A stretch of DNA of 64,000 nt, from contig NC_043001.1 of assembly GCF_006345805.1 (NCBI RefSeq), forward strand, positions 27,156,001 through 27,220,000. The letters are read 5' to 3'. Position numbers and translations under genes: made by a program. Origin of the DNA: Octopus sinensis (lineage: Eukaryota). The notes beneath the pieces are model-generated. The model saw nothing but the letters and a program-made list of their open reading frames with translations, did no database searches and was not told where the DNA came from. This document shows, in pieces, positions 12,278 to 23,422 of this stretch; the first letter of the stretch is position 1, and every line of letters begins with the position of its first letter.

Positions 12278-12732
12278 GAATGCCATATTAGTATAGCGAT
12301 AACTATTAATTTCCAGAAACGCTGTCGTAATCTCTTTTAAAGATACTTAGTAATTTTAATATTTCTATTGTTGAAAACAAGTGGATGTATTCCACCGTAA
12401 CTAGGTAAATAGAATCTTCGAACGGAGACGGTCAGTAGCGACACCTGCAGGTCTGACTACGCTGCATTGAGAAGGGGCAACGACCCTGAAACATGTCTGT
12501 AGCTGTCGGACTAACAGGTTGAAGCGGCTGACCTCCCCTGTTCGAAGGTTTAATAACGGACGCAGTTTGTGTGTCAAGTAGCTAGCTTGAGGCGATGGCT
12601 TCATGGAGCTAATCAGCGACAGCTTTATTCTTATTTTTAAGAATGCCATATTAGTATGGCGATAACTATTAATTTCCAGAAACGCTGTCGTAATCTCTTT
12701 TAAAGAGACTTAGTAATTTTAATATTTCTATT
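12278..12732 (+). mobile_element. Small hammerhead-carrying retro-insert with 92-bp direct terminal repeats (PLE pLTR/retrozyme-like)
   Basis: 12278-12369 and 12641-12732 are identical at 90 of 92 positions. Intact hammerhead at 12461-12503. Partial homolog at about 32310-32410. Confidence 0.75.
12461..12503 (+). ncRNA. Minimal type I hammerhead ribozyme, U3-A8 variant
   Basis: GCTGCA / TTGAGAA / GGGG-CAACGA-CCCT / GAAA / CATG / TC^ / TGTAGC: 6-bp stem I, 4-bp stem II, palindromic stem III ACATGT, GUC cleavage triplet after 12497. Confidence 0.8.
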
Positions 12733-13201
12733 AATATATTATTATAATAATTATTTACCTTGAACTTAACTATTCCTGATATCAATATAGTAATGATATA
12801 TAATTATACGCATAACTCAAAATGCTAACGTGCTACAGCAATTCTGAGTTTAGATTCGGAATCAGCGTACCCGATTCAGTTTAGTACAGCACCATTTGTC
12901 AGGGTATCAGACAATAAAATTTTTTGTTGGTTTCCTACATGCGTAATTTTCCCGGAAGTATGTTTATTTAACCTTAGCAAAACAAGGACCATTCGTAGTA
13001 AAATAAAATTTCTTCTAATCTATCTCAGAGTAGTTGCGGATATAACTTGGTCGACGGTAATGTGGTCGGATGGGTAAACAGCAAACAAAACTACATATAT
13101 AGACACTCACATACATACAAATTAAGCTTTATTAAAACTGTGAGCAAAGAAGAAAAATAATTATGTAGAATTACGCATACACACAAACACGAAACAGACA
13201 C

Positions 13202-13232
<31 letters not shown>

Positions 13233-13260
13233 TGTATGTATGTATGTATGTATGTATGTA

Positions 13261-13318
<58 letters not shown>

Positions 13319-13855
13319 TAGGTCACTTTCGAGTGCTACTGGTAACATGTAACCCAGTACAACCTGTTGCATGGTCGGGTCGTCGGCGACTAAACCGGCA
13401 ACCCCACCAAGCTTGATTGGTGAGGAGGGTGTTTATTGGACACCCTGCTGGATGAAAAACAAAACCCGTCAAAGGGCGGAGGAACTCTTGAGAGTCAATG
13501 GCCATCCAATAAATGTCTTAAGGCTGTATCATGCGCGGGGACATAGAAATAAACGGACTGAATACCCGATCCCGCGGTTAAACCATTGGGAGTGAAGGAC
13601 TCCTAGCTTTGTTAGGGCATCCTTCTAGAAGGTAACTCGGGTAACTGGGATAACTCTGAAATAAATCTGCGGCTCAGTGGTTACCGATGATGTTGACTTG
13701 TTCTTCTTTTCGGATTATGACTGCTGTTGCTTACTCAGTGCATAGCCTTTCCTCACTTTAAAAAAAATCTTCTTGCACAGGCATTGCACGATAACAACAT
13801 TGATTAAGCTTCGTGCAATGGCCATACTCGATAACGAGGGGGCAACCACCACCAT
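13319..13855 (+). mobile_element. Non-autonomous RTE-derived element inserted in (TATG)n
   Basis: Flanked on both sides by (TATG)n. RTE-UTR-like motif GGGCATCCTTCTAGAAGGTAACTC. No transposase or RT ORF. Confidence 0.5.
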
Positions 13856-15149
13856 GTATGTATGTATGTATGTATGTATGTATGTATGTATGTATGTATG
13901 TATGTATGTATGTCTCTGCAAGATTAAGCTCATGAGCACATTTTCAGTTTCGGGATGAGAACAGAACTAAATTTTGCCTGCATTTATCGTATTTAATTGT
14001 GTATAAGTTGTACTATTTCATACTTGATTTTAACTGGGGGGGTGATTTATACACGGGGCAAAGCTTATGAAAGGAAAGGGACACTGTACCAAGATTTAGC
14101 ACAAAATCGGAGTTGTGAACCATATACAAGTAAATACTCGTGTAACATATATAAGTAACTATGGTATACTTGAAACTGTTCGCTGACGAAGTCTCTAAAA
14201 ACACAAGAAAGACTAAATATATCTTAATCCCCAACACCAAACTGTAAAATAAAAATAAATTGCATTTTTAGAAATTTATAGAATTAAGGATTCGTTAGTT
14301 TCCTCAGCACAGAGCGTTTTTCACAGATTCTTGAGCACTTACAATTAGCCCCTGGTACTAAAAAAGGGTCACCCACCTTTGTTCCACTGTCGTTCGATTT
14401 GTTTGAAATAACAGCCCTCACATCATACCCTACTATTCCAAATATACAAGGGATGTATTGGGCTATGTCATCATAGATGTAGAAAATGATAGGATGGTCG
14501 CGACTGGAATGCCTCTTGTCATAGGTTTTCTTGATATGAGCTAATTTGGACAACTCAATAGCAAAAACTTGATCACCAAACAGTCAAGATATGAAAATAA
14601 AGTGTACTACTAAATAGCTTCGCTTTGACCAGGATTTTTCTTTAAAATAGTTTAATCGCAGTCTGTTATGTAATAATCATAGCCTCAATGTTTTATGTAA
14701 CCTGATATGTTACGCGAACTAAAAACGCCAAGGTTAAAGCAGCCGTCATTTACAAGGCGAGTAGAAACCGTGAGAAGAAAATATAAATATAAAAGACATT
14801 GTTTTGATAAAATCATTTGCTTTAGTATGCAGTTATTGTGGTCGGGAATGCTTAAATTAAACAGGATCTGCAGAGCGGTTAAAGAGATTTGCTAACAGTC
14901 GGAGATCGGTTATACATGTAATCTAAAACAACACCAATAGTTCGGGATCTTTTAATAGAATTCTTTCTAATTCTAGCTCAAGGTCAACAATTTTGAGGGA
15001 AAGGAAAGTCGATCAAATCGACCTCAGTGCTCAACTGGTATTTATTTTATCCATTACGAAAGGACGTAAAGAACCTGAAGAAATGCCGTTAAACATTTTG
15101 TGCGGTGCAGTAACGATAAAATGCCAAACGGCAATATTTTAATGTAATG

Positions 15150-15308
15150 ATATAGGAGCGGTGATATGGGGTGGTCAGCACCAGGCGGCACTTTTAAAGG
15201 GGCACCACTTTTGGGTCTGCTATAGGCAATAGATGTTTTTAGTGGGGTCTGAGGGCGGAAAACGGAAGGGCTGCCCTGGGCGGTACACACTCTAGCTACG
15301 GTAGTGGA
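15150..15308. mobile_element. MITE-like repeat homologous to 4625-4757
   Basis: Shared GGCGGCACTTTT...GGCAATA...GGCGG.AAACGGAAGGG...CTAGCTACG. Confidence 0.5.
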
Positions 15309-15589
15309 TTTAACTATAGGTTCCTTCACTGCCGAGAAACCTCGCTGATGAAGTATCATTACGTGCGTTGACATAACCGATTTACAGAGATAACAATTAA
15401 TATTATCCATGGGTAACATTTAAGTATGTATAAGAAGGAGTAACAAGAAGTGAATGAAATGAAAGTCAGAATCCACAAAACGTTATCTATAACCAGAAAT
15501 TTGAGGGGAGTAGTCAATAGCATCGACACATAGGTCTCGACTGGCACGATTCCTGTTGAGCCAACAGACGAAATAAAGGACACCTAGAT

Positions 15590-15945
15590 ATGTTTCTATA
15601 TTACCCACAAGGGGCTAAACATAGAGGGGACAAACAAAGACAGACAAACGGATTAAGTCGATTACATCGACCCCAGTGCGTAACTGGTACTTAATTTATC
15701 GACCCCGAAAGGATGAAAGGCAAAGTCGACCTCAGCGGAATTTGAACTCAGAACGTAACGGCAGACGAAATACGGCTACGCATTTCGCCCGGCGTGCTAA
15801 CGGTTCTGCCAGCTCGCCGCCTTTATTACTCATTTTTGCCAACAGAGTGGACTGGAGCAACGTGAAATGAAGCGTTTTGCTCAAGAACACAAGGCGTTGC
15901 CCGGTCCAGGAATCGAAACCACAATCTTACGATCGTGATGCTGAC
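15590..15945 (-). mobile_element. SINE B (15590-15822) fused to a SINE D head fragment (15825-15945)
   Basis: Matches to both families in the window. Confidence 0.8.
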
Positions 15946-16224
15946 AAAGAAGACCTAGATATGGTCGCAGCCAAAGCTTTGAAAAGTATTTTTCCCCCCA
16001 AATTTCGATCTTTTAAAAATCACGTCATTTACTTCATTTGCTGTTGCATTAGTCGTTTTCTCTTTCATTTCGAGTTTGCCATAGCCATTTTATGTAATTC
16101 ACTTTTTGTCAATTCATAAAGTTCATTTTTTACTATAGCTTAAACATTTTGAAAAATATCTCAATTTCTTACCTTTTATACTTTTTCAGTATTATCTCAA
16201 TGACAATTATTATTTGTTACGTTT

Positions 16225-16530
16225 ATATATTTGTTTTGCAAGATTTTATGTGAAATCGTGTGTTGAAACAGATATTGTTGTATTTAGGAATGGTCATTTT
16301 GCCAGTTTAGCCAATAAAAACACACACACTATATATTTGGTGTTACTTTGCTTCAGCGTTATTCATTTTTTATATTAATCTTAATCTTATTTCGGCCAGA
16401 GTTCTTTCGACACACTCCCGTGACCTCATCAGTGGTCCTTTGCTTTCTTCTTTCTTATTTGTGTGTCTCTCCTTACTAACGGTCAGCCATTTTGTATTAT
16501 TTGGCAAGCGGCAAAGAAAAAAGTGTGAAA
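16225..16530 (-). mobile_element. Penelope-like terminal repeat, same family as 57730-58030, with hammerhead core at 16388-16438
   Basis: Direct homology to the pLTR of the PLE at 56491-58030. Minus strand CTGATGA-GGTCA...TGGCC-GAAA. Confidence 0.75.
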
Positions 16531-18144
16531 TGAGGACGCATGAGTTATAATACTGTTGATTAACTGAATCTGGAAAAGTAGTGAACAAGCAGAAGTGGAA
16601 CTTAAAAATATTGCAGCTAAACTTGAAATCGAAAACAAAAATATTTTAAAGTTTTATTCAAATGTAAAAGTATAACTTCGTTAATTTCAATTTCAAACAC
16701 CAATGAAAAAACTTTATATGGAACTTCTTACATTTATTCCCTATAAAATATCGTGGATGTTGGGTGGGGGTTGTGGCACTCGTATATGATGGAGATATGA
16801 CCCGGTTTTTAAAGTCTAAGGATTCTCAACTACCTTCATCTCATGTTTTTCCAGTTATAAATGAGATGACTTTTAGGAACGCAGAAATACTGCCTAGTAA
16901 CAGTTAGCTTAAAAGTATGGAGAAATAAATGATGTGAGAGATTTAATGGAATTTATCTTTCACTAAAAAACGAAGATTTATCCTCGTTAGAAACAGATTA
17001 AAAATCTGTGCCCATGAAACTCTGAAAATCCAACAACCTTCGGCTCTTGATATCCGGAAACTCCTATTCCCAACAATCGCCTCTTCTTTAAAGCTAGGCA
17101 ATCAAACCACCCTCTACTAAACTGCACAAAATTTTACTTATCTCCATCAGACGTAACATAAACCATTATATACGATCTCGCTTAGATATGCACATGGGAG
17201 GGTGCTACGGGAAGAAGAAAAATAACCCTTCAGATTTAACGAAATTACCAGTATGTCGCCCAAAGGACATTTACTCTTACTTTTAGTCTTTTCCCCTCAT
17301 TTTCCACCAGAACTCACCCAAAAACCATTTTATAAAATAGAAGTTTCAACATTAGCTGCAATATTTAAAATTTTCTACTTGTTTTTGTCCTGTACTTTTC
17401 CAGGTTCAATTAATTATATTATCATTTTTGTGCCCGCATTTTCTCTGAAAGCATAATAATTGACAAATATAGTTCTGAACCAGATTTTATATTTATATAA
17501 ACGTTTTTCTATAGAATACAGAATCAGGACAAGGACGAACCATGGTGGGGATAAAGGATGATCCTATGATAGATTAGTCGAAATTATCTGATATAAATTT
17601 AAAATCTTTTAACTAAAATGTTTATCATATCCATCTCATGTCAAAGGCCGCCAGAGGTTGCAGACTTCACTACGTGACGGGTAGTAGTATTGAATGTCAA
17701 ATCTTGTTGCGCAAGAATGCTGACATTTTCAGGCGGAGTTTCAATTTTCACATGAGAAATTATTTGTCACAAAATCTTTGCTTATGCAGTAGGGTGTGGT
17801 GGGGTGGGAACATACCCCATACCCGTAGAGGAATCCCTGTTTCAAATATATTTTAAATCAATGAACCTGTCTTTTGCCTGCACACACACACACACACACG
17901 ACGCCACCACACATTTTATCTACAGAATCTATCATAAGCCACTAAGGGAATCCTTGCGTCTTTACCCGACATGCTGGAAAGAATAGTTAAATCCATTCAA
18001 ACTGTACCCCTGCCGCCTCAAAAAAAAAAAAAAGGAGAAAGTAATACGTTATATCACGTAGTCCTACAAACATTGCTGGAACGCCTCTCATTCATTTAAC
18101 CCTAAACTTCATTGTTTAGTCAATGCTCACCAGGTTTCAGCGCT

Positions 18145-18340
18145 GGATTAACCATGAGGCAAATAAGCACGTTAGGGAAGGAGGCACCACAGAAATGGTA
18201 AATTGTTCACGGAACGAAAGAAATCACTTTAAACTTGCCAAAATAATATTCGATGTGTTATGTAAGATTAATTTTGAGGATTTGAGCAAAGACTTTGCAA
18301 TAAAAAGAAGTCGGAGAAAACTTTTCAAATATAAATAAAG
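18145..18340 (+). mobile_element. Internally deleted hAT-like remnant
   Basis: Starts CAGCGCTGGATTAACC. DVLCKINFEDLSKDFAIKRSRR resembles hAT transposase C-termini. Confidence 0.4.
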
Positions 18341-18472
18341 TGGAAATATACAAAAAGAAACATTAATTTTCATCTTACAGTCAGTTTTGTTTCAATTTGA
18401 AACGAAAAAATATTTTATGGTTTATTATTGTTTATATTTTGAATTACTCATATAATATATGAGATAAAATAT

Positions 18473-18697
18473 AAATGCGCCCTTTTAAAGCCTAGCCAGG
18501 TTCAGGGGCTCGGTTTCCCGGTTTCAATGGTGTGTGTGTTCCCCAGTTGGACGGGACGCCAGTCCATCGCAGCGTTACTCATTTTCGCCAGCTGAGTGGA
18601 CTGGAGCAACGTGAAACGAAGTGTTTTGCTCAAGAACACAAGGCGTCGCCTGGTCCAGGAATTAAAACCACAATCTTACGATCATGATGCTGACACC
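18473..18697 (-). mobile_element. SINE family D
   Basis: Homologous to 7811-8074. Confidence 0.85.
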
Positions 18698-19456
18698 ACT
18701 ATGAATATAACTGATTTCTAAATTTGGCACGAGGTTACATATTTTGGGTAAAGGGTATCGTCGACTCAATTGACCGTGGTACTTTCTTTTATCGATCCCT
18801 AGACCGATGAAAGTCAACCACGAAGAGATTTGAATTTAGAATGTATAGGCCTGTAAGAAAATCACCGTTCTGCATATTAATGCGACTGTTTCAAGTTTTG
18901 GTACAAGGCCAGCAATCCAGGGACGGGAGTTAGTCGATTACATCAATTCTAGTGCTCAGTATCGATGAACTAGAAATATCGATGACTAGGTACATCGATG
19001 AACTTAGAAACATATTTGTTCCAAACAAAAATATGAAGGACATGTAAAGAAGTATGAAAGTTCCTTGATTAACAAAATAGAGGTTAACAAAATCGCAGAG
19101 CTGGCAGAATCGTTAGCGTATCGGACAAAAATGTGTATAACATTTCTGGTTCTTTACGTGCTAAGTTCAATCCTCCCGAGGTCGATTTTGCTTTTCCTCT
19201 GTTCGATGATTCGAGTCTATAGCTGTTGATGTTCACAAAATATCTTAGTAATTAGTCTCCAAGGCTAAATACGTTTAACAACTATAACATCTTAATCGCT
19301 GGTCTTTGTAGCACAAAACTTCATTTAATTTTTTAATCAGTCTATCATTCACATTTTACTACACTGCCACAATACTTCACTCAGTTATACTGTTTTATTA
19401 CCTTGTTTAGTATTTGTCATATATTTAATTAGTCTTTGTTATTACATGCAGATTGA

Positions 19457-19680
19457 AGGCAGTGATCTGGCTGAATCGTCAGTCCGCCGGGTAAAATTCT
19501 TAGCGGCATTTCATTCGTCTTTACGTTCCGAGTTTAAATTCCTTAGAGGTCGATTTTTGCCTTTCATCCTTTCGAGATCGAAAAAATAAGTACCAGTCAC
19601 ACATTGAAGTCGATGAAATTGACTTAACCCTTCTTCCAAAATTGCTGGCTTTGTGCCAAAATTTGCGCTGAAACCATTAT
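19457..19680 (+). mobile_element. SINE family B variant
   Basis: Family-B core present. Confidence 0.75.
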
Positions 19681-19810
19681 TACAAGCAGACTGGGTCGAA
19701 TCTTTACGTAATGTAAAGTTTCAGTTTCCGAAATATTGATTAATTTAACATAGACACAAATGTTCACATTTGGGCAGATGAGTAAAGTCGATTATGTCAA
19801 CTTCAGTACT

Positions 19811-20240
19811 TGGATCTTTTCGGTTTGAACGGCAGTTTTTTCTAGCGGTGTTATGTGAAATTGTCACCCATAATTATGACCCAAGTATCGATCTATTGCA
19901 TTTCAATCTGTTTTAGGGTTAGGGCTAGTTAGGGTTAGGGTGGGGGGAAGGGTATCTTTTTTTCTTCACAAATGTAAATAAACCCAATCTGATTCTTAAA
20001 CGAGGGACGTATTCATACGGCACAGAATGTTTTTACCTTAACAGACGGTCATTGATTGGTTGAAATAGCAGAAATTGAAGAAAAAAAAACAACAAATATC
20101 TTACAAACCATAGAATTTTCTCAATAAAGCTAAGAGAAAAAGATGTTTTATAAACACATTCTACCAGTATACGACGTTTAAAATTTTTTAGTTACCTAGA
20201 AATTATGTTAAAAACTGCCGTTCAAACCGAAAAGATCCCA
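19811..20240. mobile_element. MITE with GGGATCTTTTCGGTTTGAACGGCAGTTTT TIRs and an internal TTAGGG tract
   Basis: About 29-bp TIRs, flanked by an AGTACT duplication. Internal homology to 44137-44481. Confidence 0.8.
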
Positions 20241-20954
20241 GTACTTTACTTTTATCGACTCCGACAGAATGAGAAGCGAAGTCAGCCTGTTGTTAACATT
20301 TGCTATTGTAGGCTGACATTTCTGTGTCGTTTATAGGATTCCTTTATTTCTCTAAATTAGTTTACACTCTTAGATCAGTGGCCCTTACCTTTTAATACGA
20401 AAAGGCCAAAATGAAGAGCAAAATTTGGTGGGAGTTTGCATTTTGGAATTATCAGAATTTAAATCTGACATGGCTAAAAGGAACTATACGTTTCCTTTCG
20501 CGCGTGTGTATGTATATATATATATATATGTATAAGAAATTTTAATGAGATGCTTGAGGTTGAATCTTCTCAACAAGCCTGGTAATGTCAACTTGTTTGT
20601 TAGTTTTTGCAAGGCATTAAAAGTTAATGTAGACAGATGCTCGTCAGCTGAGAAAGGATGAACTTTTCAGAATCATATATTTTGTTTGCTCGTACACTCC
20701 CTTGCAATGAAAACTGATCTTTGTATCTTGTTTAAGGTTTCGATTCCTTGACGGTCCTGATAAATTAGTGTTTTATATGATCTATGCTATTTGCCCTATT
20801 TTTCGAACTAACCGAAGTCATTTTCATAGGTTGGGCGGAAAAGATGGAAAATATAGCTTTATTAATAACAACTTTATAGCAACATTTTTCGACGATACTA
20901 TTCTTATAAAACGTATACAATTTATCTAAGACGATGTTCGCCCCTATTTTATTT

Positions 20955-21153
20955 TTTTTACTTGTTCCAGTCACGTGATTGTGGCCATGCTGGAGCACCG
21001 CCTTTAGTCGAGCAAATCGACCCCCGAACTTATTCTTTGTAAGCCTAGTACTTATTCTATCAGTCTCTTTTGCCGAACCGCTAAGTCACACGCACGTAAA
21101 CACACCAGCATCGGTTGTCAAGCGATGTTGGGGGGACAAACACCGACACACAA

Positions 21154-21190
<37 letters not shown>

Positions 21191-21490
21191 CCCTCCTTCC
21201 CTTCTTTCCTGAGCGTCAATAATACTTTAATTGTTCCATGTCCTGCGTTGCTGTGTTTTTTTCTCTTTTTTTTCTGTGTTTTCTTGTTTGGATTAACTTT
21301 ATATATATATATATACATATATATATACGACGGGCTTCTTTCAGTTTCCGTCTACCAAATCCACTCACAAGGCTTTGGTCGGCCCGAGGCTATAGTAGAA
21401 GACACTTGCCCAAGGTGCCACTCAGTGGGATTGAACCCGGAACCATGTGGTTGGTGAGCAAGCTACTTACCACACAGTCACTCCTACGCC
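20955..21490 (-). mobile_element. SINE family C (CORE-like domain, internal microsatellite) with a PLE-pLTR fragment at about 21190-21300
   Basis: GGCACCTTGGGCAAGTGTCTTCTACTATAGCC core and GCTCCAGCATGGCC tail. Many copies in the window. Confidence 0.85.
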
Positions 21491-21595
21491 ATTTGTTTTT
21501 GTTCTCTACAAAATACATTGGGGAAATTCTTCAGTATAATGTTTTTATTTCAACTCGACATAATAACAAACATAACGTATGTATGTATGTATGTA

Positions 21596-21628
<33 letters not shown>

Positions 21629-21846
21629 TAATAGAAAAATTAGAAGTGATGTAGATATCTTTATTTATTTGCATATGGATAAGAAGAGCGTTAAACAACC
21701 CACAAAATTAAAAAGAAAAGGGACTTCAGCTGTATTCTACCTGATTTTCTTACGAAAATGCAGACATTTTATATCTGTACTTAAATAAATAAAAGACCTC
21801 CAATACTTCTGACTAAAGATTCTAACATTTTTTATATTTTCCTGTA

Positions 21847-22040
21847 GGGCGGCGGAATCATTAGCACGCCGGGCAAAGTCCATCTTTACGTTTAAAGTTC
21901 AAATTCCGTAGAGGTCGACTTTGCCTTTTATCCTTTCGGACCCGAAAAAATAAGTACAACTCGCGCACTAGGGACGACGTAATCGATTTACCCTTTCACC
22001 CGAAATTGCTGGATTTGTGCCAAAATTTGGATCCAATATT
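21847..22040 (+). mobile_element. SINE family B variant
   Basis: Family-B core present. Confidence 0.75.
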
Positions 22041-22065
22041 ATATTTTCCGGTGCACTACTATGAA

Positions 22066-22107
<42 letters not shown>

Positions 22108-22161
22108 ATATAGAGAGAGAGAGAGAAGAGAGAGAGAGAGAAGAGAGAGCGAGAGCGTGTA

Positions 22162-22387
22162 TCTCACAGAAGTATGTACACCCCTAAGAAAATATCAGTA
22201 AATTTTCCATTACTCTGATAATATCAAAGGAAATCAAACAAAATTTATACTGAATGTTTTGTGTTTCAAATTTGTATGCATGTTCAATATATTTTATTCA
22301 GTATAACTTTTGTTTGATTTCTTTCGATGTCATCAAAATAATAGCAATTTTACTGAAAATTTTTGGGGTGTACATTCTTCTGTGAGA
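22162..22387. mobile_element. Tc1/mariner-type MITE
   Basis: TIRs TCTCACAGAAG.ATGTACACCCC at both ends. TA TSD. Confidence 0.85.
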
Positions 22388-22449
22388 TACATACATACAT
22401 ACATACATACATACATACATACATACATACATACATACATACATACATA

Positions 22450-23110
22450 CAAAAATGGCCGTGCAAAAGTTTTCGGCCCCCTCACATAATCCAGTTAAGA
22501 TGCATTGTTTTAAAACAGAAAAATGTCTATAATGAAAATTTATTACATAATATTATTTTCAAGAAGTTACTGTGCATTGTTAATATTTCGTGTAGCTTCC
22601 CTTAGTTTGAATAATTGTTTCAATGTGCTTGGGAAGAGATACGTACAAATCCTTCACCATATTCACAAGTATGAGTTGCCATTCTCTGTGACTGAGCTCT
22701 CGCAACTCTTCAAGATTGTGTGGATTCTTCTGACGAACTCTTCTCTTGTTCTGTTCACATTTGCTCAATGATATTTAAGTCTGGGTTCTGAGCTGGCCAA
22801 TCTTTTAATTCGGTAACACCTTCATCAGCCAGACTCTGTTGTGTTGCACGCGATCTGTTGCATGGGGCTCCGTCGTGCTGGAAAATCTCACCTTCCTCCA
22901 AGTCTGGTATCAAATTGTCCCCCAGCAACTGGCTATATTTGGCACTATTCAAGTTATCGTCAGTTTTATCCAACTTTCTTGAAACATCACTTTCTATGTA
23001 TACCCAAAACACCAGACTCTTACTCCCAAACTTCACTGCTTTCGTCGTGTAACGTGGGTTGTTTCGCTTTCTAATAAGCAAGAATTTGTCAGAAGGCTTC
23101 CATTGTTGGT
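22450..23110 (-). pseudogene. Tc1-family (DD34E) transposase remnant with 3' TIR
   Basis: FQHDGAPC...WPAQNPDLNIIE motifs and C-terminal KGSYTKY. TIR-like GGCCGTGCAAAAGTTTTCGGCCCCC at about 22457. Confidence 0.9.
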
Positions 23111-23111
23111 G

Positions 23112-23422
23112 CCTGTATGGAAAACGTGAGTAAGAAGTGACCTTCATTCTGAAAATGCAGTTGCCATGTTTTGAAATGCAGTTGCCATGTTTTGATTTTG
23201 GCTCTCAACTCTTGATGAAGTCGTAAAAGTACCGTCATGATACACGACGTGTCTTGGACATTTTATAGCTGCCGGAGCTCATCCTCTCTATATCTGAGCC
23301 CAACCAGTTTCTCCTTGAGAAAGAGGGGGGAAAGAGAGTGAGAGAAAAAAATGTACACCAATACAGGAGCTTTATTGATCGACCCCGAAAGGATGAAGCT
23401 GATAGCAGCGATATTTGAACCC
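23112..23422 (-). repeat. About 300-bp interspersed repeat, second copy at 24965-25232
   Basis: Direct alignment of the two copies. Minus-strand head resembles the family-B core. Confidence 0.75.

Larger units (their letters stand above)
11440..12945 (+). mobile_element. Chapaev3-like (CMC superfamily) DNA transposon remnant, internally deleted and interrupted at 12278-12732
   Basis: EWRLFVDSSKISLKAVLLHN...ICGDL...CFLC.WDS...PLHIKLGLM.NFVKAM carries C(2)C and LH signatures. Superfamily name is from memory of such proteins. Confidence 0.7.

Noticed and set aside
14180-14222. CTGACGA-AGTC...GACT hammerhead-like motif
   Set aside because: GAAA core and stems I/III are missing.
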